This document shows positions 37,518 through 49,280 of a stretch of DNA of 64,000 bases, in pieces. The stretch spans positions 183,923 to 247,922 of the forward strand of contig ML996698.1 of assembly GCA_010356995.1 (NCBI GenBank). The letters are read 5' to 3'. Made by a program: the position numbers and the translations under genes. Position 1 is the first letter of the stretch. Each line of letters begins with the position of its first letter. Under the pieces are notes generated by a model. The model made no database searches and was not told the DNA's origin. It saw only the letters and a program-made list of their open reading frames with translations. This DNA comes from Trichodelitschia bisporula (taxonomy: Eukaryota).

Positions 37518-38907
37518 ACCACTCCAGCCGCATCGGATCATACCCCCAGTCATCAATGCCCATGGGGTCATCGACCCAGACCGGCGCCGCCACCGAAGCA
37601 ACCGGCGCTCCTAACGCCCTGGGGGGAAGCGATGGAGGCTGCGCTCAGCGATGACGACGCGCTCGAGATGGAGGCCTATGAGTTGTTGGCACTGGAGGTG
37701 TGGAGGGAGGGGGTAAACTTACGCTCATACATGGCGCGCCGGAGCTGGGAGAGACCAACCCAGCAAATGGCGAGGGCGCAAGCGCGGCGGGAGCGGCAAG
37801 GGCACCAAACGGCGAGGGCGCGAGCGCGGCAGAGCCGGGAGAGACAGACCCAGTGAAGGGCGATAGCGCGAATCCGGCGGGACCGGCAGCGGTAGGCGCA
37901 GGGGCAGCGGCAGGCGCAGCAAATGGCGACGGCGCGATGGGACCAGCAGCGACAGACCCAGCAAACGGCGAGGGCGCAGGCACGGCGGCACCAGCGCCAG
38001 CGTCGACAGACGCAGCGAAGCGCGCGGGCCCGACTGGACCAACAGAGACACGAGGAGGGAAGGAGATTGGCGCGGACGGGGCGGCACCAGCAGACACATG
38101 CGCATCGGAGCGCACGGGCGCGCGCGCGACGAGACCGGCAGCGTTGGAGGCGGCAAAAGGCAGGGGCGCGCCGATGCTGGCCAGAACAGAGCCGATGAAG
38201 GTTGTGGCGGCGGGCGCGGCGGCACTGGCAGAGACAGACACGGTGGGAGCGGCGGAGACGGGCGCAGCGGAAGCCGATGGCGCGGACGTGGCGGGACAGG
38301 CAGAGATAGGCACGGCGGGAGCGGCGGAGGTAGGCGCAGTGGGATCGGCAGGACCAGGCGCAGTGGCAGGCGATGGCTCGCGCGCGGCGGCAGACGATGG
38401 CGCGGACGCGGCGACCCAAGCGGGAACACGCGCAGCGTAGCCCCAGGGCGCGGGCGCGGCGGCACCAACAGGAACACGCCTAGAGGTGCGGTAGCGCGCG
38501 CGCGAGGCGGCAGCAGCACGACCAAGGGCAGCGGAGCGGCGGACGGGCGCGGAACGCTCGGGAGAGGGCGAGGGCGAGGACCGCTTCGGCCCGCATGCGC
38601 GTTTGCGAGGCAGGGTGTTGGGGGAGGCGGGTGGCTGCTCGACGCTCAGGCTGGCCAACGTGTTGGTGATGTCTGTGAGGGCGGTGGCGGGTGGGGAGGC
38701 GCGGCGCTTCTTGGGAACACCAGGGGGGTCGGCGGACTGGCCGTTGTCATCGTTGTAGATGACGAGGCCCAGGTGCGCCGCGGACTTCTTGCCGCCTGGA
38801 TACCGGAGCTGGGGATGTTAGCGGAGTAAGGGTAGGGGAGTGGTGGTTTTACCGGAGCCCTGGAGATGTTAGCGAGGCTTGAGGTAGACTGAGGATTGGA
38901 CTTACAT
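37516..38907 (-). CDS. Ala/Pro-rich low-complexity protein with APSPF repeats and NLS-like motifs; split ATG and 7-nt micro-exon (3' end uncertain)
   Basis: AT|intron 38905-38860|GGCTCCG|intron 38852-38809|CTCCGG... gives MAPLRYPGGKKS...PKKRR and continues into the 337-aa ORF. A probable last intron leads to ...DDPMGIDDWGYDPMRLEW* at 37516. Confidence 0.55.
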
Positions 38908-41004
38908 TTTCTGATTGATCAAATGGTCTTGGAGATGTGGGTAGAGGTTTGAAACTGAGGTTAGAAACAGGTTGGGGGTGCGATGTGGGGTTTGTAGAAA
39001 CTGATGAAGAGAAAAGGAAGAGGAAGAGGAAGAGAAAAAGGTTCAGAGTTAGGGGGTGGACAGACTCGGCCATCGTGAACCTGGCGCACAGACCGCGTGG
39101 TGTTGACTTGGCCAAGCCATTGTCGGAGCCATTGTCGACGGCTGAAGCGGCGTAGGACCGGCAAAACGGAGGCCGGAGGCCAAGAAGTGAGATGTCTGCT
39201 GTCGTTAACGGAGGAAGGAGCCCGCAACGACTTGAGGACTTACTAAGATTCATTCAGCCGACTTGATATCAGACAGGAGATCTCTATGCCGTATGTAACT
39301 GCCAGCCTCAAGCCACACAAGTGATACGCCTCGTTTGCTCAAAGCCGTGATAGACGCCAAGCTCTTCATGGCTGGTGATATATAAGGTCGGACAAGGGCC
39401 AATCGCTGCATACCGAGCTGTCATTGTATCGATCCAAATGAGCGTATTTACCGCGCCCATTATACCGATGTTTGTAGGCGTCAAAGTAGACTCGCTTTGA
39501 TATAAACCGCAGAGAAGATGCAGTCGAAGAATGACATGCTCCCAAGAGTCAGCATATCTTCTAGCATTCGGGTATCGCATACTTGAATTGCTTGAAAGCG
39601 TGCCTCAGTCATGAATCATCTCTCACCAGCACTTGTGAATGTCGAATATCAACGACCCCTTTTTGGAATTGAAGCGTACCGGCAAACGTCAAGTCGGCAG
39701 TGTCATCAGTAGCCAACCCCCCCGCACTCAACAACATCACCACTAGAACCCCATAATACTCAGCAGAGATCGACAAATGCTGGTCTAGGATACAGACGAA
39801 CATACCCGAAAGCGACGTGGCATATCGTCCATATCTTTCTTCCCCGTCGACATATCGAGGCTGGTGCAGTCGATATGGACGATCTGCGACCGGAGTCAGC
39901 TCTTGAAGATGTGTCACCAGAGCACCAAACGACCCAGCCCATCCCCGACACTGATCCGCCTCTCGTCCCTTTATAAAGTATGAAGTGACGTCGGCGATGC
40001 CTGTGGCGATCATCACGTGCCGCCTTTGCCCGCAGCGGCCCCCGTATCGAAGCCTCCCAGCCAGAATCGCCAAAAGCCCGATACCAGCCAGTCCACATCT
40101 CAGAAATGCAATATAAACTCCGTCCCGGGCACCAGGAGCAACGCCTACAGTCCAAACTCCGCTAGACGTGCCGTTTTCCCTCTCGTTTGCCGCTTCCGCG
40201 CGCTAGTCGTTTGTCACACGACACACAGCGACATGAGTGCTCGCCCTAAGCGTCGACATGATTAAGGGCCGAATCAAGCCGTCACTGGCGTTCATGACGC
40301 AAGCAGGGCAAGTTGGTCTAGATGCTCGCTCTCATGACGAAAGTCGGTGCAGATGCTAGCTCGTAAGGTGCTCGCTTCCAGAAGGTGCTCGCTCCCTGAA
40401 GTCCCATCAGCATACGTCGCCCGCAGAGCAGTCAAAATACCCTACTCCCCCTACCCATTATCCCCATCCCCACACCCCAGACCGCAACGAGATCCAAACC
40501 GGCGCCATCCATCCGGTTTCGGTCCCGCTCGGGGCCAAACTCTAATCCCACGATCTCACCACGGATAAACCCTCCCCCGCTCCGTCCCGCAGGCCTAAAA
40601 CGTTCCTGAGGTTGCTGGTGCGGCAAAATGCCCAAACACCAGCGACTCCAATGCACAAACTCTCCACCCCAATCACCCCGATCACTACAAGCTGCCAACA
40701 CTGGAAATGCCCTCTCAATCGTCATTATTAACTAATTCCGTATGTAGTACAGTATCTTGCAACCCACGCACCCAACAGCCGCCTTCGTCCCGCGCCCACG
40801 CGCCGCAGCTAGACAAAACCCCACCACCAAGCCGTTTCAGCCCACACCAATCGCGAGGGCAGCTCACACACCTCGGTCCCCCGCGACAGGTTCGAAACCG
40901 CAAACAGCACCGCAGGCAGCACGGGCGCATGGTGAGAAACAGGCTTCGTGCACGCACGCATAACGGCCATGCAGCCCCGTCGTAGGAACAATACAAATGG
41001 TCTT

Positions 41005-41128
41005 ACTTCGCTGGCACTTCGCTGGCACTTCGCTGTATGGGCGTGACGTGATTGTCGATTGCTGTGCTTCACCATTGAGAGGACACTGGACTGTTGAAAA
41101 GGACACTGGACCATTGAGAGGACACTGA
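41005..41128. repeat. Two short tandem repeats: 11-bp ACTTCGCTGGC x2.8 and 19-bp ACCATTGAGAGGACACTGG x3 (imperfect)
   Basis: Visible at 41005-41035 and 41071-41128, just upstream of ATG 41169. Confidence 0.85.
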
Positions 41129-41168
41129 ATGTCGAGACCTGTGCCGCCTTTTGCGCCGTCACACCGCG

Positions 41169-42199
41169 ATGCTGTGCCTCAGCCTGCTCCACCGCCTCTT
41201 CCTCGTCCCCGGCGCCTTCGCCCTGGCCATTGCGCTCAATTTCACGGCGAGCCGTGCTGGCATCGCACCTGCAGATATCGGAACCCCGCGCACCGACGCC
41301 GTTGGAATCACTCAACCGCGGATCTTGCTCTCTGCGCTCGACGCCTTAGACAGCCTTCTCGGCGACGCAAAGATGCTCGTGCTGGACGACTTACAAACAT
41401 TCAGTAGCGCGCTGGGGGGGATCAAGGCGCCGGCCATTAAGATGAGTGGTGATAAAGGGAGGCCGTTTATGGTCATGCAGGATACTTTTGTGGGTCTCTT
41501 CGAGGGTGGCCCATTGGGTGAGGGAGGCTAATGGTTACAGCCGGATTTCCAAACTGCGGGGAGTCGCTCGTGCGATGTGCAGTACACTATGTGTTCTGAT
41601 GTGAGAGCCTTGCCGGTGCGCGTTTTCTATGGCTGATGATGGGTAGGCTGCGAACGGGAATGGTGACAGTGGGAGTGGAAGCAACAACAACGATAACAAG
41701 AACGGGAATCCGAACAGCGGGAACAACAACAACAATAAGAATGGCAACAGCAACACCAGCAAAGATAACAACGGCGACAGCAGCCCAAAAGGCCGCAACG
41801 GGCCCAAAGCCACCGGTTCAAAGCAGAACAGTAACCCAAAGCCGAGCAACACCTCAAACAGCAATACCTCAAACAGCAACACCAATAACAATCCCAAGTC
41901 CAACGACAACCCGAAGAGCAACAGCGACAACAATAACAGCAGTCCCAAGAATGGCGGCAATGGCAGCGGCAACAGCAACAACCCCAAGTCCAGCGGCCCT
42001 AAAAAGCGCGCAACCTTCTCAGCGCAAGACTGCACAATGCAAAAGAGTACACTCCCATGTCCCTCCGCGATGAACACAGCTAATACCACCAGCCCAATGC
42101 ACCACCACCCAGAAGAATGCCGCTATTCAATCCTTCCAGCTCGTGAACATAGGGCCTGACCCGCAGGATCCGGGGTTCGATTTGCTCTGCTCGCCTTGA
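41169..42199 (+). CDS. Secreted Cys-containing protein with long Asn-rich insert (4 exons)
   Basis: Hydrophobic N-terminus. LQTFSSALGGIKAPAI.MSGDKGRPF.V.QDTF|PDFQTAGSRSCDVQYTMCSD|AAN...QDCTMQK|TQC matches a recurrent fungal secreted-protein motif as I recall it. Introns 41490-41540, 41601-41646, 42047-42092. Exons 2-4 are absent from the ORF track. Confidence 0.75.
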
Positions 42200-42819
42200 G
42201 GGTGCTAGGGGGCATACTGTTATACGGTTAAGATGGATAGGGACGAGCAGAGCTCGGAGGGGCGGCTGGGCAAGAATGGGATATGGCCGCCGATATGCGG
42301 AAGCTCCTGTCTAGGGATGGTTGAACACGCTCGGTCGCTCCGCTGGATGGAGGTCCAACACGCGGCTGCTGGGGAGGCGAAGGCAAGACTTGGTCTGGGG
42401 CCGGGATAGGACCGGAGGGACGAGAAGCACGGCAAATCGACGATAGACGTTGGTGACAAGCAGCGTTTGATGTAGACATGTAAGGAGCATTGTTATGTCG
42501 GGAAGGAGCATACTGAGGGACATGATGTCATGAGCGCATGAGAGAAGGAAGGAGCAAAGGAGGACACTTGGCATCACGCATTAAAGTCTCGAGAGTCTCT
42601 GACTCTCTTCCTCCCTGTCTTTACTTCAATCTTGAGTTTTACTGTTGCCTGCGCACGTCATGAGCCCTTGCTCCCATTAGCGTCTCAGCAAAGAGGCAGT
42701 CAAAGTATCGCATTCAGTGCTCAATCAGCATCACTGCATACCCGCATCCAAAAAGCAGTCAATCAAACCCCATTTTGCAACTTATATACAAGAAAGCCGA
42801 ACGCTCACACCCTCCCGAC

Positions 42820-44240
42820 TTAAAACCGGCTCTCAACCTTCGTCTCCACATCCTGCAGCGCCCACTCACTCCTTGCCTTCTTACTCCGCACCGCATCCGC
42901 CTGTTGCTTCGTGAAGCCCTTCGCCTGCACAGCGGGATTATACCCAAGCCCCGTCTTCGCCGCAACCTCCGCGTCGCTCAATTTCCGCGCCGCAGACCCA
43001 TCCGCGCGCTTGTACACCGAGCACACAACCGCGCCGCCGAGACCCAGGTTGTGCTGCAGTGCCGCCTTGGTGCCCTCAACAGCACGGTTATTCGCCCACC
43101 CGCGCAAGTGCCACACCAGTTCCGCGCACTGCGCGATGCCGCTCGCGCCGAGCGGGTGGCCCTTGGAGATGAGGCCGCCGGACGGGTTGACGACGTACTT
43201 GCCGCCATACGTGATATCACCGTTACGAACCAACTCGTGGGCCTTGCCGGGGGGGCAGAGACCGAGCGCATCCAGCGTCACGAGCTCATTGGCGGAGAAG
43301 CAATCGTGCAGTTCCACGACCTTGACGTCGTCGACGGTGGCCTTAGCCTCGGCCAGCGCCTGCGCGGCAGCGTGCTTGCTCATGCTGAACCCGACAAGCT
43401 CGATCGCGGACTTATTGAACAGATTCGGAGAATCAGTGGCCATGCACTGGCCCGCGATGAGGATGGCTTGGTCCTTGAGGTGCGGGCGTGCGTCGAGGAA
43501 GGACTGCGAGACGAGGACGGCAGCGGCGCCGCCGTCGGAGGTGGGGCAGCATTGCAGCTTGGTCAGGGGGCTGTGGATCATTTTGCTGTCTTGGACTTGT
43601 TCGAGGGTGTACACGTCTTGGAATTGCGAGTAGGGGTTGTTGACGCTGTGGGCGTGGTTGACGCGGGCGATTTCGGCGAAGTCCTTGAGGTCGGCGCCGT
43701 ACCTGGATATGTTAGAGGAGTTGGGTTGGGGGAAGGGGAGGTGTACTTCTCCATGTATTCGCGGCCGGCGTTGCCGAAGAGCTGTGCCGCGCCGGGCGCA
43801 TTGGTGATGCCGCGGGTCTCCTTCATAACGAGGTTAGTCGTCGCCGTCGGGTTGGTGCGGTCCTGGAAGAACGTCTGCAGGGAGCCGGGAAACATCTTCT
43901 CGAAGCCGACGACAAGGACGCAGTCCGCCTGGCCATGCTGGATGAAGTTGCGCGCCATGAAGAGGCCCGTGGAGCCGGTAGAGCAGTTGTTGTTCACATT
44001 GTAGATGGGAATCTGGGTCATGCCGAACTGGTAGAAGACGCGCTGGCCGCAGGTCGAGTCGCCGTAGCAGTAGCACGCAACACCCTGCTCGACGTCGTCG
44101 TAGTTGATGTGCGCGTCCAGCATGGCCTTGACGCCGGCTTCGAAGCCCAGCTCCGTGTAGTCGACTTTGCCGCGCGGCTTGATGAACTTGGTCATGCCGA
44201 CGCCGAGGACGTAGACATTCTCCTTGGTGCCCTTGACCAT
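42820..44240 (-). CDS. Sterol carrier protein-x type thiolase (non-specific lipid-transfer protein)
   Basis: VLGVGMTKF, NVNNNCSTGSTG, VELHDCF, NPSGGLISKGHPLGASG and QHNLGLGG. Intron 43746-43703. C-terminal SRF resembles a PTS1 variant. Confidence 0.95.
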
Positions 44241-44970
44241 GGTGGCGGTGGTGAGGGGGTTGCGTGGGTAAGTAGTGATAGATTCGACGACGATAAGAAG
44301 TGGTAGACGAAGGCGTTGGTGGTATATGAGAGAGAGAGAGAGAGTCGACAGTAATAAGCAGACGAGGTTCGGATCCACGGGCCCTTTTCTACATATATAA
44401 TGCAGCAAGCGCTAGTGTCGCCCCAGCCATGTCGCTGGCTATCGCCGCCTCGTGAGGCAACGTTCAGACCGAGGTCCTAGCCGGACGCCGCGCATTTTGC
44501 GGGGTGGATATGCTTTGCCGCGACATGTGCAGCACCCCCGGTCACTTCAACCCCACACGCGCTAGTTTCGCCACTGATGCCGCTGCATCGGGAACTTGTG
44601 CGGTAGAGGATACATGGGCGAATATTCATCCATTGATGCTCACTATTCGTTCGTTTTCTGCAGCTTATAGTTAGGCATGCGGTGCAAGCATCGGCCCGTC
44701 GGCCTGGGAGTGGCGCAGTGCTGCTGTACGCGGCTGTTTCGCGACAACAATCCGCAGTTCGCCTCGGCTGTTACGAAGGACAAGCCTCAGAAGGACCGCA
44801 GCTTACGAGCGATGAAGTCGAGATCTGCGGGACCATCACTAACCCGCGGAGCACCATGAAGCAGAAACCCAATCGCAACAGCAACAAGCGGAAGCAGGGC
44901 TAGATTAAGCTATCCCCCAATGCTAAGCCGAACTCCCGAAGAAAAAGCATCCTCCCCGCAAACAGCGCGT

Positions 44971-45671
44971 CTAGAACGCAACCATGACGCCCGCCACAGC
45001 AAGGCAGAGCGCTGCCGCCGACCCCACCTGTGTCCGGAGACCCGCAGCACCTGTAAACTTAGCACTGTTCGGGGAGCCATAGGCCGAAGGAAAGGAGGGA
45101 TTGGACATGTTGGACATGTTGGCCGGAGCGGAAGAAATATTTGAAGGAGTGTAGGAAAAATTGGAAGGAATGTAGGAAATATTGGCGCTCGTACCGTTCG
45201 CGCCAGATGCGCCCGTCGCTTTGGCTCCGCTGCCCGTACCACTCGCCGTGGCCGAAGCTCCCGAGGTCTTGGCCGTGCCGGAGGCCTTGCCGGTGGCACT
45301 CGCCGTGGAAGCCGCTGTCATCGTTAGCCAAGTGTGAGAGAGAGTGTAGAGCAGACGTACTGGTAGTGACCACGACGTTGAGGTTCTCCTTGCAGGTGTT
45401 GGCCCAGGACGCGACGGCAGCCTTGCTGTCATCGCCGCAGATGCTCTCGATCTGCTTCTGAAAGTCCTTCGCCTTGTCACCGCAGATGCTCTTCAGGTCG
45501 GTCGGGTCCCAATCCTTCTTGCTGCGCGTGTCAGCGACGGTACGGTGAGAGGGGGTGGTGTAAAACGCACGCGAGCGCGCCCAAGAGACACGGAGGCGGA
45601 GCAGAGGTGCTGTCAGCAGCGACACTGCCAATGGCAAGTGCGGCGAGAGCGAGAATGGTCTTGAACTGCAT
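44971..45671 (-). CDS. GPI-anchored Ser/Thr-rich cell-wall protein with CFEM-like Cys domain (3 exons)
   Basis: Signal peptide MQFKTILALAALAIGSVAA, PPCLLGAL..DPTDLKSIC..C..C domain, S/T/G-rich stalk, hydrophobic tail FTGAAG...ALCLAVAGVMVAF*. Confidence 0.85.
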
Positions 45672-46502
45672 TGTGAAGATGGTGAAGCTTGATGGGTATT
45701 CGCTGAGCTGGAGGTTGGTGTAGATTTTGGATGTGGTGAAAAGAAGAATCAAAGAAGTACAATGGTCAAGGAGTGACTAGAAAAACACAACGGAATAAAG
45801 AGCGGCAACACGGAGAGGTTGTTGGGTTGGCTGTTTGGGGACGCAAAGCGGCAAAGGAGGCTCAAGATGTCCCTTGAAACGCCAAGACTCACTATCTATC
45901 CCCTTTAGATGGCGCTGTTGGATCCTGACTTCTCAGGTGTCACTGGCAACTACGCGACAACACCATCTTCTCTGGAGTTTATTTTCAGTCGCTATCGACT
46001 TTCACATTCTACACTGATACCTGCCAGCATGCCTGGGAGTTTTCTCAGCTTCGATTTGGGACGCGACGTGGAGAAAAGATGTTCAACCAGAAAGCGGTAA
46101 CCCACTTTCACGGAGATGAGGGTATCACGACCCTGTGGGACATGTGTCCCTACGTCTTTTTACCGGATGGCAAATTTTTCAGCCGACAACTACGAGGTGG
46201 AAGATAGCACTTGGTAGCGAAGCTTCCCGTGACAGAGACCAGAAGAGAAGTGTCCATAGCTCATGACTGAATAGGTTATCACTCAGCCGACATGCAGCAG
46301 GAGATTGAATCCATTTCGTGGTTCGGAGTACCGCACACCATCACTCATAATTACTTTAAAAGACATCTCCGTAAAGATCGTCAGTGCAGCGCACACAGGA
46401 TATCAATGCAAGAAAACCGCGCCAGCGACCGTCCGCAATGCCCTCCCAAACGCCACCCACCCCATTCCCCGAAAAAAAAGCCCTCCCCCAAAACAACCAC
46501 AT

Positions 46503-47484
46503 CTAAAACACATTCCCCTTCTGACTGGGATGCATATGGCTATCCGGCCGCACCAAATGCGCAAACTGCGGATTAACATTCAGCGGTGCGCTTATCTCCA
46601 TCGGCGCCGTAACGGGCACAGCTTCTTCCTTCTTCCCCGCCTTCGTCGGACTCCGCACTGGGCTAGACGGGAACGCAGCGGCGGGGGGGCTCCGCGGGTA
46701 CGGTGGCACTTGGGAGCGGTAGCTGGGCAGCAGGCTGTCGCGCGCGTTGCGCATGAAGGCCTTGACGGGCGACTTGCGCGGCGACGGCGCGGAGTAGTTG
46801 CTGCTGGCGGCGTAGCTGGGGAACGAGGTCACTATGCTCGTGGGCTTGCTGATGGAGGATTCGAGCGCGGCTTCGCCGGCAGAGATGGCGACGGCGCCCT
46901 TTGAGCGGACTTGCCGTGCTGTGACTCGCAGGGCTGTGTCGCGGAAGACGTAGGTCTGGGATGGTTAGGAGGGGTTATTGAAGGGAATTGGAGGGGGGGA
47001 CGTACGGCGATGATGTTCACGAACCCCAGGGTGAAGACGATGATGCCGGACCCGATTACGATGCGCCAGAAGGCCATACCGAGCGATTTTTGGCTCGTGG
47101 CTTCTTTGTTTAGGTTGCCGAGGATGTTGTTTCCGAGGATCACCATGGCGAGGCCTAGGAAGTTGAACCCGTGGGCTGGGCTGAGGAGTGGCCAGTTGCG
47201 GGCGAAGTACTGTTTGAAGATGGAGCACTCGGACACCACAAGGAACACTAGCCGGATATCAGCCTCGCCCCCAGGCAGGAAAGGAGAGACATACTGCTCG
47301 ACAACGCCGTGATGATGTGAGTCGCGCCGTCGAAGAAATAGAATTTAGAGACGGTGAATGTCTTGACGACCATGATGACACTGGCCGTGATGACGGCGCA
47401 TAGCCCGATGATATTCATCGCCCGGATCACGTTAAGGATGATGAAGCCTGGGCCGGCCAGACTCTTGCTGTTGAACGACACCAT
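46503..47484 (-). CDS. Conserved fungal four-transmembrane protein (3 exons)
   Basis: SLAGPGFIILNVIRAMNIIGL..., YFARNWPLLSPAHGF and four hydrophobic segments, then a Ser/Pro-rich tail ending ISAPLNVNPQFAHL...HPS. Confidence 0.85.
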
Positions 47485-48791
47485 GGCTTTGCCGGAGCGT
47501 CGCAAGCTGAGGAATTTAACTGCGCTTGTGAGCATATCGCATATCAACCCAACGGGGCACACATACGCATAAAAGAGGGCTCGTGGGAAGGCTGTCCGGC
47601 AGCAAGAGATCTACAGAGTATGGTACAAGCACGTCGCAGATTCGCTCAGTGTCCAGCACACGCAAAAGAAAGAGTAGAAGGAGATGGAAAAGCACGAAGG
47701 AAACTCTACAGCCAAATCTAGTTGAACTCAAGAAAAACTCCAAAATGGGAGATCAACAGCGGGGCGAAGGCTAGAGATATCTTCATCCCCCCCCGCGCTA
47801 CCAAAAAATCAACCCTTCATTGACGCTCATCACGCGTCGCGAAACCGCCTTCCCCTCCCCAAATCTACTGGCCAGAATCGTCCCGCCCGCCGTCGCGCCT
47901 CTGAAACACTCCACCCGCCGTACCAGAAATATGTCAAGCGGCAGCTCTAGAGCGGGTGAGGCAGTCGAGCCACGACGCGCCGCTGTCTGTCTGCGCAACG
48001 ATTGGTCTCCCCGCCCTGCCCCGGCCCAACGCCTGCGTTTCATACCACAGCGCGCCGAAACGGGCGAACCGCTGTCTCTGGACGCCCGCGGGCTGCACGA
48101 TGAAAGTTTCCAGGTCTGGGTACGATGGGGGAGAGCGGACACCTGTCGCGCGGCGTGCATGAGGTCTTGATAGACTGATCGGCGAGGGAGAAGGTTTGGA
48201 GGGGGTTTGGGCAGGCACGGGGATGGCGAGATGGATATCTGGGTGTTCGTTTCTCCGGCAGTGGGATGGTTGCAGATGAGAAGCCCGAGGTCGCCACGTC
48301 ACTTATGTCTCGCGGGAATGCTACTGCCATGATAGTGATGCAGAAAGTGTTGGACTCGAAGCTGTGAAGCTCGACCTGTGAAGTTCGACACACTGCAAAA
48401 GCCTCGAACTGACCCCGCAGTCCCTCATGCTCACGCTCCCAGTGGACTCTGTAAGCCTCATTGTTCCCTACAAAGTGAAAGTCGTCCGCAAACGCCCACC
48501 AACAACCTCGAATCCTCTTATCATCCACAAGGAACAAATCGGAGCGTCGTGCAAACCGCCCGAGTAAACCGCGATCTGAGCACCGTTGTCTCCCAAAAAG
48601 GCCAAGCGTGCCCTCCGCCATAACACACCAGCGCCGAGCCGCCCGGCCCAGCGCTATTTTTACAAGCGCCTCCCCAACCCACCGCTCTCGAACATTCCCA
48701 TCGCAAGTCCCTCCGCACCAACACCTACTTTAGCACACAGCGTCCTTACAACCGCCCATACCTCCGTCCTACTTTCCCCACCGGACCAACC

Positions 48792-49078
48792 ATGTCTCGT
48801 GGCAACCAGCGCGACAAGGACCGCGAAAAGGCTCAGAAGAAAGCTGCGGGCGTGAGTACGGGCCTTCATCTCCGCTGCCGCTAGCTAATGGGCCCGCAGA
48901 CGAAGAAGAATACCGACTCCGGCGCTGAGTTCCAGCGCAAGAAGGAGGATGCCGCGGCTATCATGCGCGCGAAGCAAGCCGCCGGTACGTTGTGCATCCC
49001 CATACTCGATCTGTATCTTACTGACCGCTCCCAGCGGATGCGAAACGCTCGGGTGAAGCCGCCGCGAAGAAGAAGTAA
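48792..49078 (+). CDS. Small EDRK-rich factor (SERF/4F5 family), 3 exons
   Basis: MSRGNQRDKDREKAQKK signature. Introns 48852-48899 and 48985-49034 give ...QRKKEDAAAIMRAKQAAADAKR...KKK*. Confidence 0.9.
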
Positions 49079-49280
49079 CCTAGCGATCCCGTGGAAACTT
49101 GGATTCGAAGTTGAATAGAGCGGGAGTCAATGGCGCAGGATATTTGCGGATACGTCTGTTATGGCTCATGAACAATAGGTCAATGCAGAGGTTTTACGAA
49201 TGATGTCTGTTAACCCGCTGTGCGGTGGATATTATGTCTACGCCGCCTATGATGCATTACTTTCTCCCTTATTCGTCCCA

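Noticed and set aside
37632..38829. Long ORFs in five frames on both strands suggesting overlapping genes or a retroelement gag
   Set aside because: Explained by very high GC and low complexity; only one frame has splice-supported initiation; no RT, integrase, zinc knuckle or LTR seen.
39250..40200. Minus-strand ORFs of 154 and 90 aa
   Set aside because: No recognisable homology or consistent exon chain.
40870..40910. GGTTCGAAACC resembling a tRNA T-loop (similar GTTCGAA at ~52132-52146)
   Set aside because: No cloverleaf stems or A-box could be built around either site.
41535..42089. Leu-rich minus-strand ORF and Thr-rich plus-strand ORF
   Set aside because: Shadow frames of the AAC-rich Asn-coding exon.
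42775..44004. 409-aa plus-strand ORF
   Set aside because: Antisense shadow of the strongly codon-biased thiolase gene.
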